From NCBI GenBank assembly GCA_017547685.1, contig JAFYPD010000028.1:2009-66008 (forward strand): DNA of 64,000 bases, in the 5' to 3' direction. Position numbers and translations under genes: made by a program. The DNA is from Peptococcaceae bacterium (lineage in GTDB: Bacteria; Bacillota; Peptococcia; Peptococcales; Peptococcaceae). Below the pieces are notes generated by a model that did no database searches, was not told where the DNA came from, and saw only the letters and a list, made by a program, of their open reading frames with translations. This document shows positions 8,051 through 16,656 of the stretch, in pieces; the first letter of the stretch is position 1, and each line of letters begins with the position of its first letter.

Positions 8051-9847
8051 ATGTCTCTTGATGGTATCGCCATTCACGCCCTGGCTGATGAGCTGCACCA
8101 GCAGCTGGCAGGCGGCCGCATTGATAAAATCCAGCAGCCTGATGCCACTACCATTGTGCTGTCTGTCCGCCAGCCGGGCCGCAATGATAAATTATTACTG
8201 TCCTGCAATCCGCAGACAGCCCGCATTGGCCTCACTACCATAGCCAAAGCCAGCCCGATGCAGCCGCCGCTGTTCTGCATGGTGCTTCGCAAGCATCTGG
8301 AGGGGAGCAGGATTATAGAAATCCGCCAGAATCAGTGGGAGCGCGTCATTGAAATTGTCTGCGAAGGCTACGATGAGATGGGCGAGAGAGCCACCCGCAT
8401 TTTAATTGGTGAGTTTATGGGCAAACACAGCAACCTGATTCTTATCAACCCGCAAACCAATGTGATTCTGGACAGCGCCCGCCGCTTAGGCTTTGATATG
8501 AGCCAGTACCGGCAGGTACTGCCCGGCCTTACTTACATCACACCGCCGCCGCAGGATAAACTGTCGCTGATGGAACTCACACAGGATGATCTGGTTGCAT
8601 TTTTCATGGAAGCACCGTCCAGTATGAGCCTGAAAAAAATTCTGCTGAACCATATTGCCGGTTTTGGCCCGCAGACCGCCGCCGAACTGATTCAGCGCAG
8701 CGGATTAAACCCCGATGACCGGGTGGATTTTTTAGGCCAGTACGATTACGACCGCATCTGGCAGCAGATATTGTGGCTGCGCGGCCTGCTGGAGCAGAAT
8801 GCCTGCCAGCCGACCCTGGTGGAGGACGGTAAAAAAGCCATTGCCTTTGCACCGTTCCCGCTGCAGCAGTTTGCCCAATATGAACAGAAACAGCTGGATT
8901 CCATGAGCCAGCTGGTGGAACAGTTCATTGGCCGCAAAGAGCAGGATAACCTGTTCCGTCAGCGAACCGGTGACCTGGAACGCATTATCAACCGGGAAAT
9001 GGAACGCTGCGAGAAAAAACTGGCACTGCAGCTGGAGAAAGTGCAGGAAGGCGAAGACGCCGAACACTTTAAAATCTGGGGCGAACTGCTCACCGCCAAT
9101 CTGTATCAGATTAAACAGGGCGAATCCGCCGAGGTGATCAATTACTACGACCCGCACCAGCAGACCATTACCATTCCGATGCAGGCCAATCTGACACCAA
9201 ACGAAAACGCACAGAAATACTTCAAAAAATATGCCAAGGCGAAAGCCGGTGCCCAGCAGTCCATCATTCAGGCGGAACACACCCAGGATGAGCTGAACTA
9301 TCTGGACAGCATCAAAAACAGCCTGCGCAACGCACAGACGACCAATGATTTACAGGACATCCGTCTGGAACTGGAAGCGGCGGAATACGTCAAAGCCCGC
9401 CTGACGAAACAGAACAGGAAAAATAAAAAAGAACCAGAGTTTAAACCGCTGGTTCTGCATTACGGCGATATTGAACTTTTAGTGGGTAAAAATAACGTTC
9501 AAAACGACTACGTTACCACGCGGCTGGCCCGCAACAACGACGTGTGGTTCCACGCCAAGGACATTCCCGGCTCCCATGTGATTATCCGCAACCATCAGGA
9601 ACAGCGGGAACTGACGCAGGACGTGCTGGATTTTGCCGCACACATTGCCGCTTATTTCAGCAAAGGCCGCCAGTCGGCGCTGGTTCCGGTAGACTACACC
9701 TTAAAACGCCATGTACACAAGCCAAACGGCGCCAAACCGGGCCGCGTGATTTACGAAAACCAGAAAACCATCTACATCACCCCGGACGAAGAAGCCATCC
9801 AGGACATTCTGGCACAGGGCGGAAAGAAAACAGAAACAGAAGAATAG
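8051..9847 (+). CDS. rqcH: Ribosome quality-control protein RqcH (NFACT / FbpA family)
   Basis: 598 aa. Has the MSLDGIAIHALADELHQQLAGGRIDKIQQP NFACT-N start, a central coiled coil and a C-terminal DVWFHAKDIPGSHVII NFACT-R motif. Confidence 0.9.
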   Translation: MSLDGIAIHALADELHQQLAGGRIDKIQQPDATTIVLSVRQPGRNDKLLLSCNPQTARIGLTTIAKASPMQPPLFCMVLRKHLEGSRIIEIRQNQWERVIEIVCEGYDEMGERATRILIGEFMGKHSNLILINPQTNVILDSARRLGFDMSQYRQVLPGLTYITPPPQDKLSLMELTQDDLVAFFMEAPSSMSLKKILLNHIAGFGPQTAAELIQRSGLNPDDRVDFLGQYDYDRIWQQILWLRGLLEQNACQPTLVEDGKKAIAFAPFPLQQFAQYEQKQLDSMSQLVEQFIGRKEQDNLFRQRTGDLERIINREMERCEKKLALQLEKVQEGEDAEHFKIWGELLTANLYQIKQGESAEVINYYDPHQQTITIPMQANLTPNENAQKYFKKYAKAKAGAQQSIIQAEHTQDELNYLDSIKNSLRNAQTTNDLQDIRLELEAAEYVKARLTKQNRKNKKEPEFKPLVLHYGDIELLVGKNNVQNDYVTTRLARNNDVWFHAKDIPGSHVIIRNHQEQRELTQDVLDFAAHIAAYFSKGRQSALVPVDYTLKRHVHKPNGAKPGRVIYENQKTIYITPDEEAIQDILAQGGKKTETEE

Positions 9848-9992
9848 AAAAACAGAAGTATCTAACAAATGGGGATTGCTGCGTTTCCAGCCAATTATTT
9901 ATCGCAGCACTCTTGCCCTGTTTCTGATTATTTTATATAATAAAAGTAAACTATAACAACTGGATTCTATCACAAACAGGAGCGTGATTTTT

Positions 9993-10514
9993 ATGAATGC
10001 GGCAAAACCATTCAACCCTGTTACTCTGGAAGAATTTGAACAGATGGAAAAAACACATCATGTAAACTATGAACTGATTGACGGAGTTGTTCTGATGGCG
10101 CCCAGCCCTTCCAGAGAGCATCAGAAAATTGCCAGCAACCTGCATTTTTCTTTGCGTACACAGTTAAAGGAAACCCGCTGTGATTCCCTTTACGAAATGG
10201 ACATTAAGTTTAACGGCAATGTATATAAGCCGGATATGATGGTATTCTGCGATGAAACCGCCGAACTTCCGGAGATTATATTTGAAATTTTAAGCCCTTC
10301 CACACGCCATACTGATTTGCGTATTAAAGTTGTGAAATACGAGGAAATGGGCGTGAAAGAATACTGGATTATCGACCCCAAAGTAAAGGTTATCACCATT
10401 CACGATTTTGTAAATGATACAGCTGAAACCTATGGTATTGAGGACACTGTTGTTTCCATGGCTCAACCAGAATTATCAATTCCAGCTGCAGTGATTTTTG
10501 AAAAAGTATTATAG
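9993..10514 (+). CDS. Uma2-family (DUF820) PD-(D/E)XK endonuclease
   Basis: YELIDGVVLMAPSPSREHQKIASNL..., PDMMVFC and EILSPSTRHTDLRIKVVKYEEMGVKEYWIIDP are the family signature. AGGAG at 9978-9982 favours ATG 9993 over GTG 9984. Confidence 0.85.
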   Translation: MNAAKPFNPVTLEEFEQMEKTHHVNYELIDGVVLMAPSPSREHQKIASNLHFSLRTQLKETRCDSLYEMDIKFNGNVYKPDMMVFCDETAELPEIIFEILSPSTRHTDLRIKVVKYEEMGVKEYWIIDPKVKVITIHDFVNDTAETYGIEDTVVSMAQPELSIPAAVIFEKVL

Positions 10515-10522
10515 AAACCCGA

Positions 10523-10553
10523 AAAGCGCTTATCCTGCATCGATAAGCGCTTT
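10523..10553. terminator. Hairpin between convergent genes (bidirectional terminator)
   Basis: 12-bp perfect stem aaagcgcttatc / gataagcgcttt with a 7-nt loop, placed between stops 10514 (+) and 10561 (-). Confidence 0.65.
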
Positions 10554-10560
10554 CTCTTTG

Positions 10561-11190
10561 CTATTTTCGTTTCGTCCGTTTGTTATTACGCACATAGCCC
10601 AGCTCACGGGTATATTTGTACCAGCTGCTGCGGGCACTGCCTGTAATATCGCAAGCCTCCTGGGCATCAATTTCGCCGGCTGCCCAGCGCTGCGCTGTGG
10701 CATGAAACAGCTCCCAGTCCATCTGTAACGGCGGACGGCCGGATTTTTTGCCCTCCTGCACAGCAGAACCAGAGCTGATACGCTGCTGCTCCTCCTCGCG
10801 GCGCTGCTGTAACTTACTCATATACAACAGCAGATTCAGCATCTGCTGTTCCATCTGCACACCAGCCTCACCCATGGCCTTATACATGCGGCTATCCAGC
10901 TGCACCGCTTCCTGCAGTACCACCACATCCACCTGCAGCTGCTTTGTTAACAGCTGCCACTCCGCAGCCATATCCTCCAGGGTGTAACCAAGACTGTCCA
11001 GCTCATCAACAAACAGCACGTCGCCTGCACGCAGCATATTGCGCAGAAACAGATAATTGCGCCGGTCAAAACTTCTGGTGCGAATATCGCCAAACAAAAA
11101 TCTGTCATCCTCCACCTGTTCCAGCATACGCTGCCGCATCGGGCTCTGCCCCTGTTCTTCTTCCCATTCTCTGATATAGCCGAACTTCAT
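10561..11190 (-). CDS. Serine-recombinase (resolvase/invertase)-like protein with degenerate catalytic site plus C-terminal HTH
   Basis: MKFGYIREWEEEQ aligns to the canonical M..GY.RVST..Q but has no Ser at the nucleophile position. GDVLFVDELDSLG replaces GD.L.V..LDRLGR. The C-terminus GEIDAQEACDITGSARSSWYKYTRELGY looks like an HTH. Confidence 0.6.
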   Translation of the reverse strand: MKFGYIREWEEEQGQSPMRQRMLEQVEDDRFLFGDIRTRSFDRRNYLFLRNMLRAGDVLFVDELDSLGYTLEDMAAEWQLLTKQLQVDVVVLQEAVQLDSRMYKAMGEAGVQMEQQMLNLLLYMSKLQQRREEEQQRISSGSAVQEGKKSGRPPLQMDWELFHATAQRWAAGEIDAQEACDITGSARSSWYKYTRELGYVRNNKRTKRK

Positions 11191-11215
11191 TGTGTTTCAC
11201 CTCATATTATATGCT

Positions 11216-12484
11216 TTATATGTTTCCTTTCAACGCTGCTTTAATATTGCTCTTATATGCCTCCACACCCGGCTGATCAAAGGGATTTACCCCTGTTAAA
11301 TAACAGCTTACCGCACAGGCTTTCTCAAAAAAATACACCATATACCCGAATGATCTGGCACTCAGCTCACTTACCGTTAAGCGGATATTGGGCGTGCCAT
11401 TTTCCAGATGGGCTTTTCGGGCACTTTCCTCCACAATCTGGTTCAGTTCATGCATGGTTCCGGCTTTTCCGGCATATGCGCTGCCTTCCAGCGACACATC
11501 CCGGCGGATTTTCCCGATGGTCAGCACTGTTTCAAAAAACATCTGCCGCCCGTCCTGCAAAAACTGCCCCATGGAGTGCAAATCCGTAGACATCTGCAGT
11601 GACATCGGGATAACCCCTTTGCCCGCTTTACACTCGCTCTCACCGAAAAGCTGCTTCAGCCACTCGGTAAAATAGCGCAGCCTGCCCTCATATACTTCAA
11701 AAATTTCAATGACCTTACCCTGCTGCTGCAGCAGATACCGCAGCAGCCCATACTGATAACAGATATTTTCCGTTAAATCAGCATTGTTACAGGCTCTACA
11801 TGCTACTGCAGCACCCTCCAGCATCGATACGATATCGATACCAGCCACTGCGATTGGCAATAACCCCACCGGTGTTAACACCGAATACCGCCCGCCGATG
11901 TCATCGGGCACCACAAAGGTTTTGTAGCCCTGTTCATCTGCTTCTGCGCGCAATGTACCTTTCGACGCATCGGTGATGGCATAGATCCGTTTTGCCGCCT
12001 CTTTCAGGCCGTATCGCTCCCGCACATAGCCGCGCAGCAACTCAAAGGCGATAGAAGGCTCCAGCGTTGTGCCCGATTTGGAGATAACACAAAGGCAGAC
12101 TTCCTCATCATTGAGCCGTTCCAGCAGTTCCGTATAATAAATAGCACTCAAATGATGCCCCGCAAAATAAATGCGGGGGCGCTGCATTTTTTCTGCATTA
12201 TGCTCGTTGTAAAACGGCGACTGCAAAAGCTCGATACATGCCTTTGCACCTAAATAAGACCCGCCAATACCGATTACCACCAGAGCCGTACACTTCTGCC
12301 GGATTTCCTCTGCAGTATCCAGAATCTCCTGTATCAGTGCCGGCTCCACACGCAGAGGCCAGTCCACCCAGCCCGTGTAAGCATCCTGTTTTTTATTCAG
12401 TTTATTATGAATTTCGTTGAGTTTTGGTTGATACCGTGACCAGGCCAGCGAATCAGACTGTGCCCAGTAATCCAGTTTTAACAT
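11216..12484 (-). CDS. pgi: Glucose-6-phosphate isomerase
   Basis: 422 aa. GIGGSYLGAKA, ISKSGTTLEP, GGRYSVLTPVGLLP and the C-terminal FDQPGVEAYK are PGI signatures. Confidence 0.9.
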   Translation of the reverse strand: MLKLDYWAQSDSLAWSRYQPKLNEIHNKLNKKQDAYTGWVDWPLRVEPALIQEILDTAEEIRQKCTALVVIGIGGSYLGAKACIELLQSPFYNEHNAEKMQRPRIYFAGHHLSAIYYTELLERLNDEEVCLCVISKSGTTLEPSIAFELLRGYVRERYGLKEAAKRIYAITDASKGTLRAEADEQGYKTFVVPDDIGGRYSVLTPVGLLPIAVAGIDIVSMLEGAAVACRACNNADLTENICYQYGLLRYLLQQQGKVIEIFEVYEGRLRYFTEWLKQLFGESECKAGKGVIPMSLQMSTDLHSMGQFLQDGRQMFFETVLTIGKIRRDVSLEGSAYAGKAGTMHELNQIVEESARKAHLENGTPNIRLTVSELSARSFGYMVYFFEKACAVSCYLTGVNPFDQPGVEAYKSNIKAALKGNI

Positions 12485-12513
12485 AATCTTTTCACTTCAC
12501 TTTTTTTACATAT
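12371..12513. repeat. Direct-repeat partner (functional pgi 5' end plus ~30 bp upstream) of 13053-13194
   Basis: About 100/114 nt identical over the coding part by hand alignment. Similarity continues past the start codon into the RBS/leader. Confidence 0.8.
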
Positions 12514-12564
12514 TGTTTCCCCATACCTCGACGTAAGCGCCCAAAAGGTTACAGAAAGCCCTGC

Positions 12565-12927
12565 TTGCTATTAGAACCACCGACGCAATGCCGGTGCGCA
12601 ATATGCTGTATGATGCACTGCAATATGAAAATCAATTGCAGGAAATCACGGCAAAACATCGAATTAAAAAAGAAAGTGATCAACACCTGTACCAATGCCG
12701 GACTAACATTACAATCAGATGACAAGGAGGATATCAATATGTGTAAAGCAATCGACGAAATGCGGGAAGACAGCCGTAACGAAGGCCGCAATGAAGGCCG
12801 TAAGGAAGGCATCGAAATCGGTCGTAAAGAAATGGCTGCCGCATTGTTAAAAGAAAAAATATTTGCCAATGATAAAATTGCTGAACTGACCAAACTCTCC
12901 ATCGAGGAAATTCAACAGCTGCAGTAG
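12565..12927 (+). pseudogene. Truncated, internally deleted and frameshifted Rpn-family nuclease/transposase gene
   Basis: One frame reads TTDAMPVRNMLYDALQYENQLQEITAKHRIKKE...*, the core region of a second Rpn subfamily. Another frame reads MCKAIDEMREDSRNEGRNEGRKEGIEIGRKEMAAALLKEKIFANDKIAELTKLSIEEIQQLQ*, the typical C-terminus. The N-terminal ~80 aa and the middle section are missing. Confidence 0.65.
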
Positions 12928-12983
12928 CAGCAACTGGCTCAGGCATAGCATCAGCTATACTACACGATACAACATTTCACACA

Positions 12984-13010
12984 GAGTGGCGTATACAGCC
13001 GCTCTTTTTT
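12984..13010 (+). terminator. Intrinsic terminator of the Rpn remnant
   Basis: gagtggc-gtataca-gccgctc (one G-U pair) followed by tttttt. Confidence 0.55.
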
Positions 13011-13049
13011 CATGTAATTTCATCGAACCTTCCAACGTGATGATCCATT

Positions 13050-13166
13050 TCAGCCCGTGTAGGCATCCTCTTTTGTATTCAGTTTATTATGAACTTCGTT
13101 GCGTTTTGGTTGATACCGTAACCAGGCCAATAAATCAGACTGTACCCAGCAATCCAGTTTCCTCAT
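13050..13166 (-). pseudogene. Orphan duplicate of the pgi 5' end (start codon plus 38 codons, then stop)
   Basis: Encodes MRKLDCWVQSDLLAWLRYQPKRNEVHNKLNTKEDAYTG*, compared with the intact MLKLDYWAQSDSLAWSRYQPKLNEIHNKLNKKQDAYTGWVDW... Confidence 0.8.
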
Positions 13167-13246
13167 GATTATTTCACTTTTCTTTTTTATCATTACACTT
13201 CTGCCCGCTGTCATTCTGAGCGAGCGAAGCGAAGTTGAAGAATCTC

Positions 13247-14128
13247 TTACCCTCTGTACGTTTTCACAATGCCTTCCAGATAATCCAGAAAGTCATCCCG
13301 TAAATTATCCCGCTGCAGTGCAAATTCCACTGTTGCCTCTAAAAAGCCAAGCTTGTCGCCCACATCATGGCGGCGGCCTTTAAAGGCATATGCCAGCATT
13401 TTTTCCTTTAATGCCAGTGTTTTCAATGCATCCGTCAGCTGAATTTCATTTCCGGCACCCGGCGCTGTTTTTTCCAGAATATCAAACACAGCCGGTGTAA
13501 TAATATAGCGGCCCATAATTGCCACATTGCTCGGCGCTACATCCGGTTTTGGCTTTTCCACCAGAGAACGAACCGTATACAGCCCATCACTGATTTTATC
13601 CCCGTCTACAATCCCATATTTGGAGATATCCTCCCGGGCAACCTCTTTTACACCCAGAATACTGCACTGTTCCCGCTCGTACAAATCCATCATCTGCTTT
13701 AAACATGGATAGCCAGGGCTGTCTACAATATCATCCCCCAGCATGACCGCAAAGGGTTCATTACCGATAAAATTTTTCGCACAGTACACCGCATGGCCTA
13801 ACCCCAGCGCTGTTTTCTGGCGCACAAACTGAATATTTGCCATACCCGCAATATCCTGAATCTGCTCCAGCATATCATATTTGCCCTTCTTCTCCAGTTC
13901 CATTTCCAGTTCTACCGAACGGTCAAAATGATCCTCTATAACCGATTTGTACCGGCCAATAATAATTAAAATATCCTCAATGCCGCTTTCCACAGCCTCC
14001 TCCACAATATACTGGATGGTAGGCTTGTCCACCACCGGCAGCATCTCCTTGGGCTGCGATTTGGTCGCCGGTAAAAACCGTGTACCGAAACCAGCGGCCG
14101 GGATAATCGCTTTTGTTATTTTTTGCAT
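13247..14128 (-). CDS. galU: UTP--glucose-1-phosphate uridylyltransferase
   Basis: KAIIPAAGFGTRFLPATKSQPKEMLPVVDKPTIQYIVEEA and VEKP motifs. Confidence 0.9.
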   Translation of the reverse strand: MQKITKAIIPAAGFGTRFLPATKSQPKEMLPVVDKPTIQYIVEEAVESGIEDILIIIGRYKSVIEDHFDRSVELEMELEKKGKYDMLEQIQDIAGMANIQFVRQKTALGLGHAVYCAKNFIGNEPFAVMLGDDIVDSPGYPCLKQMMDLYEREQCSILGVKEVAREDISKYGIVDGDKISDGLYTVRSLVEKPKPDVAPSNVAIMGRYIITPAVFDILEKTAPGAGNEIQLTDALKTLALKEKMLAYAFKGRRHDVGDKLGFLEATVEFALQRDNLRDDFLDYLEGIVKTYRG

Positions 14129-14214
14129 GATTGGCTCCTTCTATACTGAGCATATTAATGTCAACTAATTTTAATTAACAACTAACTTATCAATAACGTT
14201 ATATACAATTCTCA

Positions 14215-16653
14215 CTATTTTGCCTTCAATTCGGTATATTTACACTTCACTTTGTTTATACTTTTTTTTGCCGCAACTACTATACCTTCTTCTTGAACGC
14301 AAACAACAAATTTATTAAAGTACTTTTTGAATATGCCTATTTTTTGATTATATGTTACTTTCTGATTATTCTTCAAAGAAAAAACTTTTAATTTTTCAAT
14401 TTCTTGATTAGCATATTTCAAATCTTTTTTCAAATTCAAAATTTCATCATAAAGAAGTTCATCGACAGTTGCATTTTTATGAGGCATTTTCAAAGCATTA
14501 CTCAACCATTCCATACTACGATTTCGTTCTTTTTCAAGCCTTTCCTCCACGAAATCATAGTTTATTACTTTATTATCTAAGTTTCTAACTTTTATATCTT
14601 GAGCATCATTTACTAAAAACTGTTCAATACAAAGTAATTCACTTAATGAATTAAATCTTGAATTTCCTCTCAATTCATTTAAAAAACAAACAAACTGCTT
14701 ATGGAAAATAATCGAATAACAAAATCCATGGTAAGAATCGGTTACAATAAATTCACTATTTTTAAACAACCATAACCAATCAGCAATTTCAAGATTGTCC
14801 TGTATATTTTCATCGAAGTCGAATGCTTTTTTATTTTCTTCTGGTTTTTCAGCTTGGGCATCTAAAATTATTTTGTATTTGATACCCAAATCATTGGCCT
14901 TTTCTTTTATTATGTTATATTTTTCTTTTGTTGGGTTTAAAATGTATGCTAAAAGATATTTTTCTGAATAAATTCTTTTCGAAAGTTTGATTGCTTGTTC
15001 ATAACTTTCTTTAGGACATAAAAAAACCGGATCCAACGTATGGGCAGCCTTTACACCAAACTCATCTTCACAAATTTTTACGCCATCTTTTTCACGTACT
15101 GAAATTGCATCAAATTTTTTTAAATTGTATGCCACTTTCAATTTTTCTTCGCCTTGAAAAAATGACTGTGCATGCCCAAATGATGTTGCATAAGCAATTC
15201 GTTTGTGCTTATCATCAGCAAAATCCAAAAAGAAATATTGTCCCATTTCTTTTGTACTATACCAGTTCCAGAGTTGGTCCGAACCTACTAAAAATGTCTC
15301 ACAATGATAATTCATTTTTTTCGTTTCTTCAAAAGTGTATCTTAAGCTAGTTTCATAAAAATGATTTGCGAATCTTCTTGTTGCTGTGTTCGGTTTATTT
15401 CTATCTGAATCTGAAAATGCCGGCCAATCAATCATTAAAACAGTTTTTTTTAATTTCTTAGTCAACACTTCATGCATTGCAAAATTTGTCAATGCGCTGC
15501 CATAATTTAAACCATACCACCAGCCTACATAGCCGATATCAAATCTACGGTTTAAACCATAATCTACAGCTTTATCAAAATCATAAATATCTAGCAAATC
15601 AAAAAAACGTTGCCGTCGATTGTTCAATAAAGAAGAACTATGCAATTGCGAATTATATTTTTTTGCGTGTTCTAAAGAACTTTTTTCAAAAAGTTTTGTC
15701 TGTTCTATTATTTCAGGAACTAAACTAAATGCTTTTTCATTGTTTACTAATACCAAACTTGTTCCTTTTTTATCGTCATACTCTGGCGTTAGTCTATTCA
15801 CATCCCAAAAATCAGCTAAAGTAAAATCACCTTGTCTAGGTATCGTTGCAAACTTACATTTCCCACAAGATTTTCTGATAGAGATTAATTTCAAAAAACT
15901 ATTCAACCAATAGCATTCATTACGTTTTAACTTATAACTTTTCTCATTTTCATGCTTTATTACCGTTGATACATTCCAGCCACCAAAAGATTTATCACGA
16001 AAATTCATATATTTTATTGGCCCATTAGCTTCTATTTTTTCTTGAACAAACTTTTTAAACGCTTTTTGCGATGGTACTCCATGGCAAACTAAATCTGCCG
16101 TATATAAATTGTCATAGTCTTTGCCTAAATACGCATATATACCAGCCACCTGGCACGGACACCCAGAAAATAATACAAGTTTATTCTCATCTAATAAAGT
16201 TTTTATCTCCGAATATACTCTTTTCGTATTACTTTGCACATATTTTGATCCTCTCAAACGGGGCAAGTCATTTTTATCTGATATTACAATATGTTCAACC
16301 GCTGTGTAATCGTCGGTATATGCGGCACCACATACATAGCCATCTTTCTCCAACACATAATTAGCCAGAACTGTAAACATACCGCCTGAAGAACTTACCA
16401 TACGGATTTCATCATCTGCCCACATTGCGTAACACTCTGGATTACTATTGTTATTGTATTGTGGATTTTTCACTGCACAACTCTGTAAGCATAACCCACA
16501 ATCAACACACAACGTATCGTCAATTACCGGAAACAGAAAACCTTCACTGTCATATTCCATACGAATCGCATTATGCGGACATTTATTATAACATGCACCA
16601 CAGCCTGTACACTCTTCGTGCCGAATTTCTCTAATTGTGCCCATAGAATTCAC
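14215..16653 (-). CDS. Fusion protein: 2x[4Fe-4S] ferredoxin plus F420-hydrogenase-beta (FrhB)-like domain plus polysaccharide pyruvyl transferase plus C-terminal coiled coil
   Basis: 812 aa. The N-terminus has CTGCGACYNKCP and CVDCGLCLQSC cluster motifs followed by the FrhB-like GGMFT...SGCPCQ region. The C-terminal half has RIAYATSFG...VREKDG...TDSYHGFCYSIIFHKQF, typical of PS_pyruv_trans. The last ~80 aa are Lys/Glu-rich heptad-like sequence. Confidence 0.75.
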   Translation of the reverse strand: MNSMGTIREIRHEECTGCGACYNKCPHNAIRMEYDSEGFLFPVIDDTLCVDCGLCLQSCAVKNPQYNNNSNPECYAMWADDEIRMVSSSGGMFTVLANYVLEKDGYVCGAAYTDDYTAVEHIVISDKNDLPRLRGSKYVQSNTKRVYSEIKTLLDENKLVLFSGCPCQVAGIYAYLGKDYDNLYTADLVCHGVPSQKAFKKFVQEKIEANGPIKYMNFRDKSFGGWNVSTVIKHENEKSYKLKRNECYWLNSFLKLISIRKSCGKCKFATIPRQGDFTLADFWDVNRLTPEYDDKKGTSLVLVNNEKAFSLVPEIIEQTKLFEKSSLEHAKKYNSQLHSSSLLNNRRQRFFDLLDIYDFDKAVDYGLNRRFDIGYVGWWYGLNYGSALTNFAMHEVLTKKLKKTVLMIDWPAFSDSDRNKPNTATRRFANHFYETSLRYTFEETKKMNYHCETFLVGSDQLWNWYSTKEMGQYFFLDFADDKHKRIAYATSFGHAQSFFQGEEKLKVAYNLKKFDAISVREKDGVKICEDEFGVKAAHTLDPVFLCPKESYEQAIKLSKRIYSEKYLLAYILNPTKEKYNIIKEKANDLGIKYKIILDAQAEKPEENKKAFDFDENIQDNLEIADWLWLFKNSEFIVTDSYHGFCYSIIFHKQFVCFLNELRGNSRFNSLSELLCIEQFLVNDAQDIKVRNLDNKVINYDFVEERLEKERNRSMEWLSNALKMPHKNATVDELLYDEILNLKKDLKYANQEIEKLKVFSLKNNQKVTYNQKIGIFKKYFNKFVVCVQEEGIVVAAKKSINKVKCKYTELKAK

Positions 16654-16656
16654 CTC

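Larger units (their letters stand above)
12514..13052 (+). mobile_element. Decayed Rpn-type cassette (gene remnant plus terminator) between the two pgi 5' copies
   Basis: Same architecture as 2831-3964: direct repeats of a host gene end flank an Rpn-family gene followed by its own terminator. Confidence 0.4.

Noticed and set aside
12775-12810. Three tandem 12-bp units (cgtaacgaaggc / cgcaatgaaggc / cgtaaggaaggc)
   Set aside because: These are not a CRISPR or regulatory array. They encode the (R)NEG(R)NEG(R)KEG repeat that is a normal feature of the C-terminus of this Rpn subfamily.
13210-13246. Motif gtcattctgagcgagcgaagcgaagttgaagaatctc just downstream of the galU stop, reminiscent of a short dispersed repeat I have seen translated as ...VILSE(R/A)SE...
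   Set aside because: There is only one copy in this window and no clear secondary structure, so the sequence alone cannot support a call as a repeat family. A genome-wide blastn would settle it.
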